A model generated the notes under the pieces. The model searched no databases, was not told where the DNA came from, and saw nothing but the letters and a program-made list of their open reading frames with translations. A DNA stretch of 52,206 bases, the filler included, from Bipalium vagum (Eukaryota), in the NCBI GenBank assembly GCA_037834085.1. It is 3 parts of 3 records of this genome, joined end to end, with 100 filler letters (N's around TTAATTAATTAA, not from the genome) between each part and the next. Parts side by side here need not be neighbours in the genome. Positions count along the whole stretch, not along the records: positions 33,204 to 52,206 come from JBBMKC010013595.1; 2 more parts are not named here. One strand, given 5' to 3'. Made by a program: the position numbers and the translations under genes. Of this stretch, positions 49,901 through 52,206 are shown piece after piece; the first letter of the stretch is position 1, and the number at the start of each line of letters is the position of its first letter.

Positions 49901-51804
49901 TTTTTATATAAAATTATCACTTTCATTATTGTTTTTGCTTTTGAAAATAGAAAATTATTGATCAGACTCTTGTCAATAAGTAAAATAAAGGGGAAATTAG
50001 ATAAAACAAAAAATTTAACTGAAAAATTCTAATGTCAGATATTAAACAAAGGTTGTGTTCATCATTCCAAATATAAAATATTTATAAACAAAACAAAGAT
50101 CTGTAAAGTGTAAACATTACAAATAAATAATATTTTTAATTATTAGATTTTTAGGGAATAAGTGAAATATTGGACTGTCGGTTAATCTCGTGCGTTTTAA
50201 AGATATATTATGAAGATTCAAAAATTAAAATTTTATTTTGAACAAAAACAACTGCACTTCTTCTCAAAAGCTTATCAATTCCAAAGCTGTAGGGATCTGT
50301 AGTCCAGGATTCAAAAACGTCATCCAACCAATTTTCCAAATCATTCTCATATAAATTGTTTTACAGAGAACGAAATAAATGAAAATCTGAGAGCACCATG
50401 TCCGGAGAATTGGGAGTATGCAGTAGCACTTCTAAATCAAGATTTTGAATAACCACTTTTGTCAGATTTGCTGTGTCATGCTGAAGAAGAATGCGATGTT
50501 TGCAATTTGATCGTTTGAGTTGAATTGTTTCTTTGAGTCGACTCAGTTTCTAACTGTAGACGTCCGCATTGAATGTCTGTTTGTTTGGAAGAAACTCATA
50601 GTGAATTATTCCTTCTCAATTCCACCAAACAGAAATTATTTTCTTTAACTATGAAATTGTTTTTTTGGCGATGTCACCTGTTTGTTTGGGCTGACAAATT
50701 CTCTGCGTTTATAGACATCATTTTTATCATCGATTATATATTGTAAAGAAACCGTGCTTGTGACCGTTTGTTGAATGATAGCGGGCGAACAATCAAGTGG
50801 AGATCATAGAGTGTTGATTTTTTTTTGCTCAAAAGATGCGGAATTCAATTAGCAAATTTTTAGACCATCCCCAACGATTTAATATCGTCCGCTTCAGTAA
50901 TGATAGTTTAACTAAAACGATTCTTCTTCTCATTGTTTGTCATGGATTGTCATGACAAAGTTACTCTTCACAAAACTTGGCCAGTATGAGTATGTTCTTG
51001 AACACCAAAATTTCAGTTTTTAAAACATGAACAAAATTTTGAGCTATTCTTTCCGATATGGCATAAAACCCATACATACTGCAAATATGACAAGCAGCTT
51101 TAGTAGCTTTGAAATCTTGATTGTACAAGACCAGAATGAGTCGACAGTATTCATTTCTCCTCAATTTGACATTTCATTTTGGAAGGATGCTAATCAACAA
51201 TTTACAAAAAAATGCGATTAAATAGACATATATGTAGAGCGATAGATTCTCTATTGATTAGTTATTTATCAATTAATAAAATTAAAATTTTTATTTGAGC
51301 AAATTTTGAATTTCAAAAATCGCACGAAATTAACCAAAACCTAATATCTCCATAAATCCTTTACAATATTCAAACTTTATCATAGTAATAATAACAACTT
51401 TATCAAACTAAACATTTAGAAAGTAACTCTGAAATGCGAATTTTGTTACATTTCATACTAACAGTTCATACTAATCTTAATATTTTTTTTAAAGGAAAAT
51501 TGTAATATAAAATTCATAAATTCATTTTCGTGTTAGAATTATATGGAAATAAAATCAAAATAGATTCTCACACATTTCAATATATTCTCCGAACAGGGGT
51601 CGAGGTCCGGGATCGGCAAGCAAATTATCGTTATAGCAGCGACTTATGTCGTGGCAAATCGTAGATTTGTCTATTTGATCATTGGAAATAATTTCAACCT
51701 TAGGTTCTTCTTGGTCAATATTTTCCATATCGGATTCCTTGCGAAATGCAACCCTCTGCTCTGATTTCTTCAGTTTATATCTCTTTATTTGTGTACAAAG
51801 TCGA
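46947..51804 (-). CDS. Anoctamin / TMEM16 family protein, 3' part (5' exons outside the window, last exon uncertain)
   Basis: Phase-consistent exons 51572-51804, 48930-49082, 48837-48889, 47359-47522, 47197-47308, 46947-47144. They encode [50 protein letters not shown]...[14 protein letters not shown]...FWHILAFKF...FEN...IPDVP. Confidence 0.93.
47909..48312. mobile_element. MITE, copy 2 (inverted relative to copy 1) in an anoctamin intron
   Basis: Same TIR (CAGTGCAACTTCTATTTTG) with a few mismatches and TA flanks. The interior is the near-identical reverse complement of 35475-35891. Confidence 0.93.
50170..51344 (-). mobile_element. Full-span decayed mariner element in an anoctamin intron
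   Basis: TIR cores GGTTAATYTCGTGCG at both ends with TA flanks. N-terminal [27 protein letters not shown] and C-terminal [19 protein letters not shown]. Confidence 0.88.
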
Positions 51805-52206
51805 CTGTTAAAAATTCCATTTAATTAAGAAAACATGTGTTAAAATAAATAAAAAAATTATTAATTATATTTTTAAAAGTTAAATCATAAAAATTAAAAA
51901 TAATTTTTAAAGAGAAATACATTTTTTGAATAGTTTTTGATTCTAGTTTATTGGTTTAAATAACGACCCATTTCTCCAAATATTGCCATTGGGTGGAAAT
52001 AAAGTGTATGTTTTGGGAAATATCTATTATTAATATTAATATTAATACATATTATATATATGTATAATATTATTATTAAAAGCTTATAAGCCATTTAATA
52101 TTAGTTTGACCATAAATATATTTTGTATATTTGTTCTGTGGAGTAAGAGCATGAGGGACCCATCTTCAGGCTCTATGAACCCTTCCTAGTTGTTTGAGTC
52201 GGATGG

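Overview
AT-rich eukaryotic (metazoan) genomic DNA with short 39-60 nt GT-AG introns. It is probably a flatworm or planarian; this is inferred from intron size, (AAT)n tracts, Tc1/mariner density and the anoctamin sequence type. The window is three unrelated contigs joined by artificial N44-TTAATTAATTAA-N44 linkers (16614-16713, 33104-33203), so synteny across the linkers is meaningless. Contig 1 holds a decayed REL-type (NeSL/Utopia/R2-group) non-LTR retrotransposon, three co-oriented decayed host-gene fragments (WD40/WDR11-like, alpha-SNAP, ankyrin repeats), an intact intronless RING-finger gene and an intron-rich CCDC177-like gene. Contig 2 holds an intact Tousled-like kinase gene with an altered Gly-loop and DFG->EFG, plus a single-pass membrane protein with a PPxY motif. 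Contig 3 holds an orphan helical-protein gene, two inverted copies of a young MITE and the 3' half of an anoctamin (TMEM16) gene. Many decayed Tc1/mariner and Merlin/ISXO2-like fragments are scattered throughout. Family calls are from motif recognition only; no database search was run.
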